Shown piece after piece: positions 22,950 to 36,364 of a DNA stretch of 64,000 nucleotides (position 1 is the first letter of the stretch; each line of letters starts with the position of its first letter). The stretch covers positions 112,034,001 to 112,098,000 of the forward strand of contig OZ024744.1 of assembly GCA_964016885.1 (NCBI GenBank), in the 5' to 3' direction. The stretch comes from Eledone cirrhosa (Eukaryota). A program made the position numbers and the translations under genes. The notes under the pieces are model-generated. The model was not told the origin of the DNA, ran no database searches, and was given only the letters and a program-made list of their open reading frames with translations.

Positions 22950-25035
22950 TCATCATCATCATCATCATTGTTGAACATCCATCTTCCACACTAGCATGGG
23001 TTAAATGGGTTTTTTCCATTTACAGGCAAGTTGTGTCAGGTGACCATGTCTCACTCCTATAGGACTGTTTCTGGCTGGTTTTCTACGGCTGGGTGCCCTT
23101 CCTAGCGCCAACCACATTTACAGTGTGTGCTGGGTACTTTTTGCCGTGTCTTTTACATGACCACTTTACAGTGTGCTGGGTGCTTTTTGTCATGACACCT
23201 ACACGACCACTTTACAGTGTGGGCAGGATGATTGCATCATTTTCCACGCTAGCATGGGTTAGACAAGTTGTCCTGTTGTGGGCAATGGTAGGTCAGGTGA
23301 CCATGTCTTGCTCATACAGGACTGATTCTGGCTTGGTTTCTACAGCCGGATGCCTTTCCTAATGCCAACCTCATTTACAGTGAGTACGAGGTGCTTTTTG
23401 TTGTGACACCTACACGACCACTTTATAGTGTGGGCTGGGCACTTTTTGCCATGTCACCATCGCGAGCACTTTACAGTGTGGGCTGAGGGCTTCACTGGAT
23501 GCATTTACTTTGGCCTGTCCTCATGGGGGCGAATGGGAGGGTGGGTTGGGTTGGGTTGGGGCATACTGTATATATGCTTTGGCTTGTGCTCGTGGGAAGT
23601 GTATTCTGTATTCTTGCGTATTGTCAGAGATCTCTGTCCTGTGTCATCATCTTTGAGAGGTGTAATTGGGTAAGGTCTGCTTTTATCACCTCATCCCAGG
23701 TCTTCTTGGGTCTCCCCACACTCCACGGCTTCCATCAACTTTGAGCGCTCTGCACTTTTTTATGCAGATGTCATCCTTCATACGCATCACATGTCCATAC
23801 CAACACAATCTCCTCTCCAGCACACAGCATTTAATTCCTCTTATGCCTAGTCTCTCTCTCTCAGTTCATTTATGCTTCACCGTTCTCACTATTAAACATT
23901 CATCGAAGCAAGCAAGCTTTATTTTTTTTCCAATCTATGCAAGTCTTCTCTGTACACAGCACCCAGGTCTCACTACCATGTAACATTGCTGTTCTTATAC
24001 ACGCATCATACAGTCTGCCTTTCATTCTGAGGGAGAAGCCTTTTGTAACCAGCAGTGGTAGTAGCTCCCTGTACTTTCTCCATCCCATTCTTACTCTGGC
24101 TACTGTACTTTCAGAATACCCACCACTGCTGCTAATTAGGTCACCTAGGTAGCAAAAGCTGTCTACTGTTTCTACAGAGCCCTCCCAGAATTTGGTAGTG
24201 CTTGTTTCCTGCAGTCATTTGCTGCTTACTGTCCCATTGCAGCTGCTACATGTGAAGCCTACATTCTTAGCTAAACTTCCTGAGTTCCCACTACATCTCT
24301 TGTGTACCCACATTTTGCATATGGGGCAGAGGATGGCCTTTCACACATACTGAGCAAGGCCATTTCCCTGAGAGGATCTGGGTTCTGTTTTCTCTTTTAC
24401 TTACTAGGACCTTAGTCTTTGTCAGGTTGACTTTAAGACCCCTTCTTTCTAGGCCCTGCTTCCAGGTTTGGAATTTCTTTTTCTAGTTCCACCATACATT
24501 CAGCTATAAGTGTGAGATCATCCATGTACAGAAGTTCCCATGGGAATCAGGTCCTAAAGTCCTCCGTTATAGCCTACAATACGATAATAAACAGGAGAGG
24601 GCTAAGAACAGAGCCCTGGTGGAAACCAACCTGCATGCTAAATTACTCGCTATAGTCATAGTTAATCCTGACTTTGCTGACTGCTCCCCTATACATGGCT
24701 TGTACAGTCTTCACAAGCCACTCATCTACTCCTAATTTTTTAAGAGCCCACCAAATTATGTCTCAGGGTTCTCTGTCAAAAGCTTTTTCCAGATCAACAA
24801 ATGTTAGGTACTTTTCCTGTAACTGTCTCACAAGGAAAAGGGAATCAGTGGTGCTTTTGCCTGGCACAAATCAAAACTGCTTCTCATCGAGATTTACCCT
24901 ATCCCTAATCAACTGTACTATGACTCTTTCATAACCCGGTCCATCAGTTTTATACCTCTATCTAGTGTATCTCCTTTACGCTTGTAGCAATTGACAATGA
25001 TGTTGCTGTGCCAATCATTTGGTATGATGCCATCA
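22950..25035 (-). mobile_element. Decayed RTE LINE (RT, PHD, C-terminus, expanded 3'UTR)
   Basis: Minus strand MGWRKYRELLPLLVTKGFSLRMKGRLYDACIRTAMLHGSETW and RT motifs with frameshifts; 3'UTR partly duplicated. Confidence 0.9.
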
Positions 25036-25394
25036 CTCTGTGTATATATATACAGAGAGAGATGGGGGGGGGGGGGGGTTAGGTATTTGGGTTGATGTGA
25101 TTAACTAAATCCCTTCAAGTCAGTGCCTTAGTATGGTCGCAGTCTCATGACTGAAACCAATAAGAGCATAACATAAATAAACTATAATCACTAATTAACA
25201 GTCCTTCTTCAGATTTGCCCATTTTCACAGATTTTTCAAAATAGGAAGTGACCTTTGAAAAATACCAGCACACGTTAATTTGAAACACTTTATTAAAAGG
25301 TAGGGATGAAGCCAAATGCATTTTTTTCTCTTTGTTTTCAAGTTTACAATAGTATTAAGAGCAATGTCCACCAAGGCAGGACATAGATATGGGT

Positions 25395-25752
25395 GTAAGC
25401 ATAGCTGTGCAGTTAACTAGTTTGCTTTACAACTATGTTTGTCTCAAGTTCAGTTCTACAGTGTGGTACCTTGGGCAAGTGTTTTCTACTATAGCCTCCT
25501 GTTGACCAATGTCTTGTCAGTGGAATTTAGTAGATGAAAACTGTAGAAGCCTGATGTCTTTCTCCACCCCCGTCTCTCTCTGAACATGACCATATCTGTG
25601 TAACTTAGCAGTTAACAAAAATATATTGATGAAATACATATCAGACTTGAAAATATTAAGTACTGTGGTCAATATGTTTGACAAAATCTGTTCAAAGCAG
25701 TGCTCCAGCATGGCCACAGTCTAATGACTGAAACCGGTAAAGGAAGCAAAGA
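25395..25752 (+). mobile_element. Old tRNA-headed SINE
   Basis: Degenerate head, ccttgggcaagtg core, 3' end cagcatggccacagtctaatgactgaaac; similar head at 12085-12240. Confidence 0.55.
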
Positions 25753-27021
25753 ATATATTTGAAACATTAAAATATCATATTAAATAACATACAGCTGGAC
25801 AAAACAATACAGATGCCTCTACATCCTTATTGAACATCCTAGAAATAGCAACCAACTCTTCTTTAAATAGCATTCAGCTAGGGTGGTCACAGTTGGAATG
25901 TGCTCAGTTAAAGCTATCCTTGGGTTAAAATCACACACCTGCCTCTCTACACTCTTCATCTGTTTCATGATCAAACACAGATTATAAATAACAATGAAAC
26001 TACCAAATATTAATACAAGATGGTCAGTTGCTTTTTTTTAACAAGCTATCTTCATTGAGAAAACAAAATCAGCTCTTCTGAAAAGAAAGCAGTTATCCTC
26101 ATTAGCTGAGAAACCAGCTCTCTTCACTGGGTGAGAAAAAAAACAAACTAATTTCATTGGACAAAAAGAAACTTGTTCACTTCATTGGATGAAAACAAAA
26201 AGTAGCGTTTCTTATACAGTGGGAGTTCGGCTCTTCCATATTTGGACACATTTATCAATCCCGTTATCATTACTACAAACACACACATATATATATATAT
26301 ACTTTAAAGAATGGCTTTTCTTATTGGTAAAGAAGAAACCAGTTCTTTACATTGGTCAGAGAAAGAAATCAATTCACCTCATCGGTCAAGAGAAAAATTC
26401 AGCTCCCTGCATTGGCTAAAGAGAAACCAGCTTCCCTCGTTGGCTGAGAAAAACCCAGCTCCCTTCATTGGCCAAAAAAAAAAAAAAAAAAAAAGCTTTC
26501 TTTTCATTAGTGAAGAAAAAATCTGAATTAATTAATCAATATTTTTATTTTTATTTTATTAAGTTGTATTTCTAATATTTTTTGTGATTTTACATCAGTA
26601 GTGTAATCAAGTTCTTTTTAAATATTTTAAATTTATGATTATATTTGTTTACAGTTATTCTAACCATAGAGTTAGTCACAGCTGTAGTAGCTTCTTCAAT
26701 ATACCCTAAACTTACACACTGAAGCATATTATTACTCTATTTAAGAGATTTTTATGTACATATTTCCTCATAAATTCTCTGAATTTGTATCAGAGGGGAC
26801 AAAGACACTTTAAACTAGAGTAAGTTTTATGACTGCAAACAACAAAATTCAGTCAACACAGAAGCCACTAGTTTGCTGAATGGCTCCTTAGAAATGGCAG
26901 CCAAATCACCTCACAAATCACACCTTATTTATTGGTTTACAAAAACCAAAGACATTAGAAAAAGTAGTTTAAAATATGCTGTGAAAAATGACAGGATGCT
27001 CTTGTGAAGAAGACTTTATGA

Positions 27022-28441
27022 TAAAGGGGCTGGGTGATGCCTGATCTGGTGGCTAAAAGGGGCTCGGTGATGGCTGGGTGATGCCTGATTTGGTGGTTAA
27101 AAGGGGCTCGGTGATGCCTGATGTGGTGGTTAAAAGGGGCTCGGTGATGGCTGGGTGATGCCTGATCTGGTGGTTAAAAGGGGCTCGGTGATGGTTGGAC
27201 GATGCCTGATCTGGTGGTTAAAAGGGGCTCGGTGATGGCTGGGTGATGCCTGATTTGGTGGTTAAAAGGGGCTCGGTGATGGCTGGGTGATGCCTGATCT
27301 GGTGGTTAAAAGGGGCTCGGTGATGGCTGGGTGATGCCTGATCTGGTGGTTAAAAGGGGCTCGGTGATGGCTGGGTGATGCCTGATCTGGTGGTTAAAAG
27401 GGGCTCGGTGATGGCTGGGTGATGCCTGATCTGGTGGTTAAAAGGGGCTCGGTGATGGCTGGGTGATGCCTGATCTGGTGGTTAAAAGGGGCTCGGTGAT
27501 GGCTGGGTGATGCCTGATTTGGTGGTTAAAAGGGGCTCGGTGATGGCTGGGTGATGCCTGATCTGGTGGTTAAAAGGGGCTGGGTGATGCCTGATCTGGT
27601 GGCTAAAAGGGGCTCGGTGATGGCTGGGTGATACCTGATCTGGTGGTTAAAAGGGGCTCGGTGATGGTTGGGTGATGCCTGATCTGGTGGTTAAAAGGGG
27701 GTCGGTGATGCCTGATCTGGTGGTTAAAAGAGGCTCGGTGATGGCTGGGTGTTGCCTGATTTGGTGGTTAAAAGGGGCTCGGTGATGGCTGGGTGATGCC
27801 TGATCTGGTGGTTAAAAGGGGCTGGGTGATGCCTGATCTGGTGGCTAAAAGGGGCTCGTGATGGCTGGGTGATACCTGATCTGGTGGTTAAAAGGGGCTC
27901 GGTGATGGTTGGGTGATGCCTGATCTGGTGGTTAAAAGGGGCTCGGTGATGGCTGGGTGATGCCTGATCTGGTGGTTAAAAGGGGCTCGGTGATGGCTGG
28001 GTGATGCCTGATCTGGTGGTTAAAAGGGGCTCGGTGATGCCTGATCTGGTGGTTAAAAGGGGCTCGGTGATGGTTGGGTGATGCCTGATCTGGTGGTTAA
28101 AAGGGGCTCGGTGATGGCTGGGTGATGCCTGATCTGGTGGTTAAAAGGGGCTCGGTGATGGCTGGGTGATGCCTGATCTGATGGTTAAAAGGGGCTCGGT
28201 GATGGCTGGGTGATGCCTGATCTGGTGGTTAAAAGAGGCTCGGTGATGGTTGGGTGATGCCTGATCTGGTGGTTAAAAGGGGCTCAGTGATGGCTGGGTG
28301 ATGCCTGATCTGGTGGTTAAAAGGGGCTTGGTGATGGTTGGATGATGCCTGATCTGGTGGTTAAAAGGGGCTCGGTGATGGCTGGGTGATGCCTGATCTG
28401 GTGGTTAAAAGGGGCTGGGTAATGCCTGATCTGGTGGCTAA
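27022..28441. repeat. 44-bp minisatellite with 33-bp variants
   Basis: Unit ggggctcggtgatggctgggtgatgcctgatctggtggttaaaa, built from ~11-bp subrepeats. Confidence 0.96.
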
Positions 28442-28913
28442 ACAACAAACTCAGAGAATCAATTTTCAATGATTTAAAGGGACAAACTTTTCAAACTACG
28501 ATAATGTCCAACTTTTAAAATAACTAAAAATTGTACCGTTTAATCAGGGAGTGAAAAGCAATTCTTATGATCCTTTTCAGAGTCTCCAAGATTTGTGTGT
28601 AGGAGGGAGAGAGAAAGGTATCTTCAAATCAGAGACCTGATCTGAATGCTTGCAGCAACAAAACAGTTCTTGCTTATGCAGAATTTTGCCAATTCTAAGT
28701 TAGAATCTTTCCAACTTGAATTGATTTCTACCAATTCCAAACTGGCATTAGAGCTTATAAGTTTCTTTCTGTTTTCTTTCTGTTTTGTGAAGGAGAAAAG
28801 GGCAATGTAGCTATCACTAAACTGGAAACCTGGCTTGGATGTTTGCAACAGAGTGGCCTCTGATAAAGCTACCTGAGGGCCAGCAGGGAGTGGTCAACAA
28901 TTTAAGTCCCCTT

Positions 28914-28914
28914 A

Positions 28915-28966
<52 letters not shown>

Positions 28967-28989
28967 GGTGGTAGTAGTAGTAGTAGTAA

Positions 28990-29029
<40 letters not shown>

Positions 29030-29091
29030 GGTAGTAGTAGTAGTACTTGTAGTAGTAGTAGGAGAGAGAGAGAGGAGGGTGTGAGAGAGTC

Positions 29092-29125
<34 letters not shown>

Positions 29126-29165
29126 TGAAAGAAAGGGCATGAGAGAGAGGTGACAAAGAGAGAAA
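28914..29165. repeat. (TAG)n/(TGG)n and (GA)n microsatellites
   Basis: Direct reading of the sequence. Confidence 0.95.
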
Positions 29166-29265
29166 GAGACAGAGGGGATTAAACAACCCCAGTACATGAC
29201 TGGTACTTTTTTCTCATCTACCTCAAAAGGATGAAAGGCAAAGTTGTATTAAGTTACTACAGAGG

Positions 29266-29309
<44 letters not shown>

Positions 29310-29540
29310 GTTTAACATAAAATGAAGTTATCACTGCAGAGTAATTCAAGAAGTCATGAACCTATGTCCAAACAATAAATTGGGACAAGCAATAGAATCC
29401 TGCAGAAAATCTCTTTAGCATTTATTCGGGTTCCTTTCATTGTAAGTTCAAATCCCAGTAATGTCAACAATATTATCTGTGTAAGTGAACATGCATGGCT
29501 TAGTAGTCACAGACAAACACACTATAGATTCAACTGTATA

Positions 29541-29896
29541 TCATCATCATCATCATCATCATCATTTCATTTTACGTCCGCTTTTTCCCTGCTTGCAAGG
29601 GTGGGACGGGAACTGATGCTGGCTTGATTTCTACAGCTGGATGCCCTTCCTAACACCAACCTCATCTACAGTGAGTGCTGGGTGCTTTTTTTTGCCGTGG
29701 CACCTCCACGACCACTTTGCAGTGGAATGATATGGACCCCAGTCCCTATCATCTCATTTCTACAGCTGAGTAAACTGGAGCAATGTGAAATAAAGTGTCT
29801 TGCTCAAGGAAACAACACATCACCCGGTCTGAGAATTGAACTCACAACCTTTCGATTGCAAGCCCAATGCTCTAACCACTAAGCCATGTGCCTCCA
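29541..29896 (-). mobile_element. SINE family 1 (partial second copy at 30121-30237)
   Basis: Reverse complement of 61149-61488. Confidence 0.9.
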
Positions 29897-29899
29897 TAT

Positions 29900-30112
29900 A
29901 TATGAATGTATGTATAGTATATTTGGCAATATACCGTATGTTTAATTAAAAAAGACAATACGCTATCAGTTTTAAAGTAGTGACTATGTTACTTACTTCT
30001 TTTAGTGTATGGTCTTCTAAATGTTTTTAATTAAACATACGGTATATTGCCAAATATACTATACATACATTTGTGTATACATCGCTATTTCAGAGCACCA
30101 ATCCTAATATAT
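29900..30112. mobile_element. Inverted pLTR-type fragment (family of 43374-43751)
   Basis: Arms 29907-29953 and 30024-30070; exact inverted copy at 33555-33765. Confidence 0.75.
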
Positions 30113-30518
30113 ATATATATGAGTAAACTGGAGCAATGTGAAATAAAGTGTCTTGCTCAAGGAAACAACACATCACCAGGTCTGAGAATTGAACTCACAA
30201 CCTTTCGATTGCAAGCCCAATGCTCTAACCACTAAGCTATACATATATATATAGACACACATAGACACTCATATATATATATATATATATATATTAGAGT
30301 ATGGGGGTAACTGAACAGAGATGTGTGGACCACATTATGGTCTGTTGGTTGTGAAACAGATAAAAAGAATCACTCAACAACCTGTATAAATGGTACAAGA
30401 CGGAGCATTATATATTAATTGTTTCTACTTTAGGCACAAGGCCAGCAAATTACCCAGTGTATTACTGGTACTTTATTTTATCGACCCTGTAAGGATGAAA
30501 GGTAAAGTTAACCTCGGC

Positions 30519-31436
30519 CAGAGGCTATATTCAGTTAATTCCAGTTTATCTAAAACTCTGCTATACATATTTCACTGGGGACTATCAGTTAAGATAGCCT
30601 GAGCTCTTTAGTCAGCAAAACCTCAAATAAACATTGACAGCTGCATAAAAAGGTGCAGAGCACTAGAAGTTGATGGAAACCGCGGAGTGGAGAGACCCAA
30701 GAAGACCTGGGATGAGGTCATAAAAGCCGACCTTACCCAACTACACCTCTCAAAGTCAATGACACACGACCGTGACCTCTGGCGTCACGCAGTAATACAG
30801 GGTACCCGACCTCCCATGGGTACAAGCTGAAGCATATAGACAATATGCCCCCACTCCCCCCACCGCAAGGTGGTCGTGGAGGTGCCACGGCAAAAAAGCA
30901 CCCAGCCCACACTGTAAAGTGGACGTGTAGGCGCCACGAAAAAGCACCCAGCACTCACTGTAAATGAGGTTGGTGTTAGGAAGGGCATCCAGCTGTAGAA
31001 ATCAAGCCAGATCAGTTCCTGTATGAGCAAGGCATGGTCAGCCGACCAGACACTGCACACAACAGGACAACCCGTCTAACCCATGCTAGCGTGGAAGAAC
31101 GGACGTAAAACGGTGATGATGATGATGATGATGAAAGTTCCTAATAAAACCTTTAAATTTGGAAAAATCCAATAATTTCCCCATATACAGGGGCCGGCCA
31201 TGGAAGAAACAACACCACACATTCGGCCAGGCCCCTGTATCATGAAAAGAACATTTTTCTCAGGGAAATTATTGGATTTTTCAAAATTTAAGGTTTCTAA
31301 GGAACTTTCAATGTTTATTTTAGGTTTTGCTGTCTGGAGAGCTCAGGCTGTCTTAACTGATAGTCCTCAGTGAAATATGTATAGCAGAGTTTTAGATAAA
31401 CTGGAATTAACTGAATATAGCCTCTGATCTTTTATT
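30519..31436. mobile_element. Inverted pLTR-like pair, left arm interrupted by an RTE
   Basis: Left arm 30519-30637 plus 31134-31182, right arm 31263-31427; decayed hammerhead CT(G/A)(G/A)AGA...GAAATATGTATA. Confidence 0.7.
30636..31133 (+). mobile_element. RTE subfamily B 3' fragment
   Basis: Matches 5370-5868, with (GAT)n tail. Confidence 0.92.
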
Positions 31437-32192
31437 AATATATATATATATATATACATACATATACATATATAATATATTTAGAAACACACAGATACAT
31501 GCGGACACACACATATACATGAATGCATCCGCACCCAACCGTGAGTTAAGGGTGCCAATGTTGCTCAATGAATGACTGCACTCAACAACCTGTATAACCT
31601 CGCAAGGACTCTATATCTTTATGATGTATTGTTTTTGTTTATGCCACGAAACTACGTAGTCGAGGAATCTAGGGGCAGTTTAGGTATGATACATTTTATT
31701 ACTAATTATATCTAAATGTTTCTTCTCTCTTCATAATGTATATATATATATATATATATACACACACATACATATACATACTTATATATAGAATTATAGT
31801 ATTATTCAGTTTCCGTTAGTGTAACAATTACAGAGTATATGTAGAAATTTACAAAATTATTATTTAAACCATCACATTCCAGTCTAGGATCATTAATATT
31901 TCACTCCTTCAATCAAATTAAATCAAATCCAACTACTTAAAAAATCATTTCCACTAATTGGATTTGATTTAATTTGATTAAGGAGTCAAATATTAATGAT
32001 CCTAGACTGGAATGTAACACATATGATGAAACACATGTCAGTATTATGTAATACATTTTATTATTCTAGAATGTGATGTTTTAAATAATAATCTCTCTCT
32101 CTCATCATGAATGGATCTGTTATTTTTATCTAAAGACATTTTTTCCAATTCCATCCCGCCTGTCCCCTCAATCTATCTTATTTCTCATTCTT

Positions 32193-32228
32193 TCTTCTGA
32201 TGAAGGACTAGCCTCCGAAACGTTAAGA
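32193..32228 (+). ncRNA. Minimal Penelope-type hammerhead ribozyme
   Basis: tctt-CTGATGA-a-gga ctagcc tcc-GAAA-cg-TT-aaga; palindromic AACGTT. Confidence 0.75.
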
Positions 32229-32264
32229 TACTCTTCCTGCTATATCAAGTGATAACCTAATATA

Positions 32265-33427
32265 TCTGGTGCAATAAGTAGCAGCAAGTGCCCACAAAAT
32301 ACTAGCTCCTTCAACTGCGCAGAGGGTTCTATAGAAATAGTGGACAGCTTCCGTTATCTGGGTGACAAAATCAGCAGTGGGGGAGGGTGCTCTGAAAGTA
32401 CAGTAGCTAGAGTCAGAACTGGATGGAAAAAGTTCAGAGAGCTTATACCACTATTAGCCGCTAGAGGGTTCTCCCTAAAAATGAAAGGCAGGTTATACGA
32501 TGCCTGCATACGAACAGCAATGCTGCATGGCAGTGAGACCTGGGCATTGTGTGCAGAGGATATACGCAGACTAGAGAGGAACGAAGCTTGCATGCTCCGC
32601 TGGATGTGCAATAGTAATATACGTGAACGGCAAAGCATAAACGAACTAAGGAAAAAATTAGAAATAAGAGGGATCAGATGTTGTTTACTCGAGAGAAGGC
32701 TACGTTGGTACGGTCACGTGATGCGCATGAAAGACGACAGCTGTATAACAAAGTGCAGGGCAATAAAGATAGACGGTAGCCACGGAGTAGGCAGACCCAG
32801 AAAAACATGGGACGAGCTGATAAATTCCGACCTCACACGCTTACACCTCTCCAAGACAATGTCACTGGACCGAGACCTTTGGCGGTACTCAGTAATAGAG
32901 AAGACCCGCCTTACCTAAATACAAAGTAAAAACCTACTACAGTCAGTAGGCATCTCTATCAAAACACACCCCCGTCCCACCACCTCCACCCCACCCACAC
33001 CGCCCCTTTCAATGTAAAGTTATGTTGGTCCCACAACATCCAGGCCGAAACAAATGAGATCGTGTAGGTGTCACGACAAAAAACACACAGTCCACGCTGT
33101 AAATGTGGCCGTGTAGGCAACACGGTAAAAACCTCCCAGCTCCACACTGTAAATGTGGTTGGTGTTAGGAAGGGCATCCAGCTGTAGAAAACCCGTCAGA
33201 CAGTCCACGCTGTAATGTGGCCGTGTAGGCAACACGGTAAAAACCTCCCAGCCCCACACTGTAAATGTGGTTGGTGTTAGGAAGGGCATCCAACTGTAGA
33301 AAACCCGCCAGACAGTCCTATGCGAGCAAGACAACCACTCTTGCCTCAAGTGGGAAAACCCCCGTCCAAACCCATGCAAGCGTGGAACACGGACGCTAAA
33401 CCTGATGATGATGATGATGATGATGAT
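32265..33427 (+). mobile_element. 5'-truncated RTE subfamily A with ~113-bp tandem duplication in the 3'UTR
   Basis: ORF 32340-32918 matches the C-terminus of 13286-16456; 33087-33199 is repeated at 33200-33311. Confidence 0.93.
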
Positions 33428-33478
33428 CCCTTCCATATACTGTACCGATTGTGTTGTTATTTCTGTTTACCTTTTACA

Positions 33479-33554
<76 letters not shown>

Positions 33555-33558
<4 letters not shown>

Positions 33559-33765
33559 GATTGGTGCTCTGAAATAGCGATGTATACACAAATGTATGTA
33601 TAGTATATTTGGCAATATACCGTATGTTTAATTAAAAACATTTAGAAGACCATACACTAAAAGAAGTAAGTAACATAGTCACTACTTTAAAACTGATAGC
33701 GTATTGTCTTTTTTAATTAAACATACGGTATATTGCCAAATATACTATACATACATTCATATATA
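33555..33765. mobile_element. Inverted copy of 29900-30112
   Basis: Reverse complement appears identical by eye. Confidence 0.8.
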
Positions 33766-33768
33766 TAT

Positions 33769-34125
33769 AGGCACATGGCTTAGTGGTTAGAGCATTGGGC
33801 TTGCAATCGAAAGGTTGTGAATTCAATTCTCGGACCGGGTGATGTGTTGTTTCCTTGAACAAGACACTTTATTTCACACTGCTCCAGTTTACTCAGCTGT
33901 AGAAATGAGATGATAGGGACTGGGGTCCAAATCATTCCACTGTAAAGTGGTCGTGGAGGTGCCACGGAAAAAAAGCATCCAGCCCACACTGCAAAAAACC
34001 ACCCAGCACTCACTGTAAATGAGGTTGGTGTTAGGAAGGGCATCCAGCTGTAGAAATCAAGCCAGAATCAGTTACTATCCCACCCTTGCAAGCAGGGAAA
34101 AGCAGACATAAAATGATGATGATGA

Positions 34126-34128
<3 letters not shown>
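33769..34128 (+). mobile_element. SINE family 1
   Basis: A-box tggcttagtgg, RTE-like tail, (GAT)n. Confidence 0.9.
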
Positions 34129-34172
<44 letters not shown>

Positions 34173-34995
34173 CATATATACATATACACACACACACACA
34201 CATTTTCAGCAGCTAGTAGTTAGGGTGTTGGGCTCATGATTGTAAGACTGAGTTTGATTTCCATATATTAAGATGTATATGGGTATTTATGTGTGTCAGT
34301 ATATAAATACTTATGTATACGCATGCATATATACAAACATATATACCTACATAAATTCAGACAAACATCATATAAGCCTACACACACACATACACAATTA
34401 AGCTTGTATGGGGGCCACTGGCTGAAAATTTCTTTACGGCTCTTGAGTATTATTCATGGTAGCAAAAAAATAAATATTGGTACTGCTTATAAATTGTGTG
34501 TTCCTGGCTACAGCCCCTCAGATTGCTCACCCTTAATCTACCCCTAAATATATGTTGGAAGCTCCTCTAGGACATACTGGCTGGAATCTATGTTTTCAGG
34601 TTTTAAACATTCCAGGAATAATGCCCTGAAAGGATCTATTCAGCCACTTTATCCAACTGAGTGGACTGCAGAAATGTCAAATATAGTGTCTTGCTCAAGA
34701 ATACTATGTGTTGTTCGGTCCAGGAGTTGAACCCATGACCTTACAATCACGAGCTGGACGCACTAACCATTAAACCAGACAAAATTATTATATTATATCA
34801 TCTCATATCCTTTGCAAAACATCAAATAGTTGGGCCCCAGTGGTCAAAATGGTGAATGTATGACCCTGAAGGACAGCAATATAAAACTTTTTAATTGCAT
34901 TCAGACTTAATTTGAATTTGTGATCATCTAAAGTCAACTCACCCCATATAGAAATTATTATTATCATCATCATCATCATCATCATTATTATTGGA

Positions 34996-35700
34996 GGGCA
35001 GTGGATTGGCAGTATTGGTAGAGGGTCAGACACCATGCTTTGATGCATAGAGTTACGGTCCTTGCCATTCTGAGTTCAAATCTCGCCGAGGTTAACTTTG
35101 CCATTCATTCTTTCGGGGTCAATAAAATAAAGTACCAGTAATGTACTGGCATAATTGCCGGCCTTGTGCCAAAAAGTAGAAACAATTATTCTTGGACAGG
35201 CAGAATTAGTAGAGCTTCAGATAAATACTTGTTCTGGCTCTTTCCCGTGTGGGCAACTTTGCCTTTCGACCTTCCAAGGTTGATAAAATAAGGTACCAGT
35301 CAAGTACTGGGGGTCGATTTAATTGACTCTCCCTTCCCCACAAAAATGCTGGCATTCCGCCTAAATCAGAAACAATTATTATTAAAGTATTAAAATAAAG
35401 TACCAGTAATGCACTGAGTAATTGCTGGCCTTGTGCCTAAAGCAGAAACAATTATTATTACTGAACTAAGTTCAAATCCCACCGAGGTTAACTTTTCCGT
35501 TCATCCTTACAGGGTCGATAAAATAAAGTACCAGTGATGTACTGGGTGTTGCTGACCTTGTGCCTAAAGTAGAAACAATTATTACTGGTGGTTTTGTTAG
35601 ACCATACCATAGGACAAAATGCTTTTTATATTCTCAAATCCTGCTGAAGTCAACTTTGCCTTTCATCCTTCTTGAGATGATAAAATATAGTAACAACAAT
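34996..35700 (+). mobile_element. Cluster of tandem full and partial SINE family 2 copies
   Basis: Repeated ataaaataaagtaccagt...gccttgtgcc..agtagaaacaattatt units. Confidence 0.8.
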
Positions 35701-35826
35701 TACCATAATTGACCCCCTCCCTGCAAATCATGTCAACCATGTCCTCAATTAGCAATCACTATCAATAATAGTATCATCAAGATTTTATACAAAACATAGT
35801 CTACAGTAGAAGAAGAAGTGTGAGTG

Positions 35827-35879
<53 letters not shown>

Positions 35880-35965
35880 TTGTATAAAATCTTGATGATA
35901 CTATTATTGATAGTGATTCCTAATTGAGGACATGGTTGACATGATTTGCAGGGAGGGGGTCAATT

Positions 35966-35999
<34 letters not shown>

Positions 36000-36016
36000 A
36001 ATTTGGTCAGCTGAAA

Positions 36017-36067
<51 letters not shown>

Positions 36068-36196
36068 AACGAGTAGGACCCCGCTGGCTGAACTCAAGCG
36101 TTTCGACAGCTAATTCTGGACTAAATGAAAATTTTTATCCTGTATTGAGTACTTTGGTGCGTTATGGTCCACCTGGTTCCTTACCACATTTCCTTG

Positions 36197-36252
<56 letters not shown>

Positions 36253-36325
36253 AGTTCTTCATGCAGAATAGACCCCCACAACTCACAGTGGGTACCTCTG
36301 TGTGTGTATATATATATATATATAT

Positions 36326-36364
<39 letters not shown>

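Noticed and set aside
28560-28912. Possible host exon or enhancer
   Set aside because: Unique-looking, but no recognisable protein motif or convincing splice-site pair
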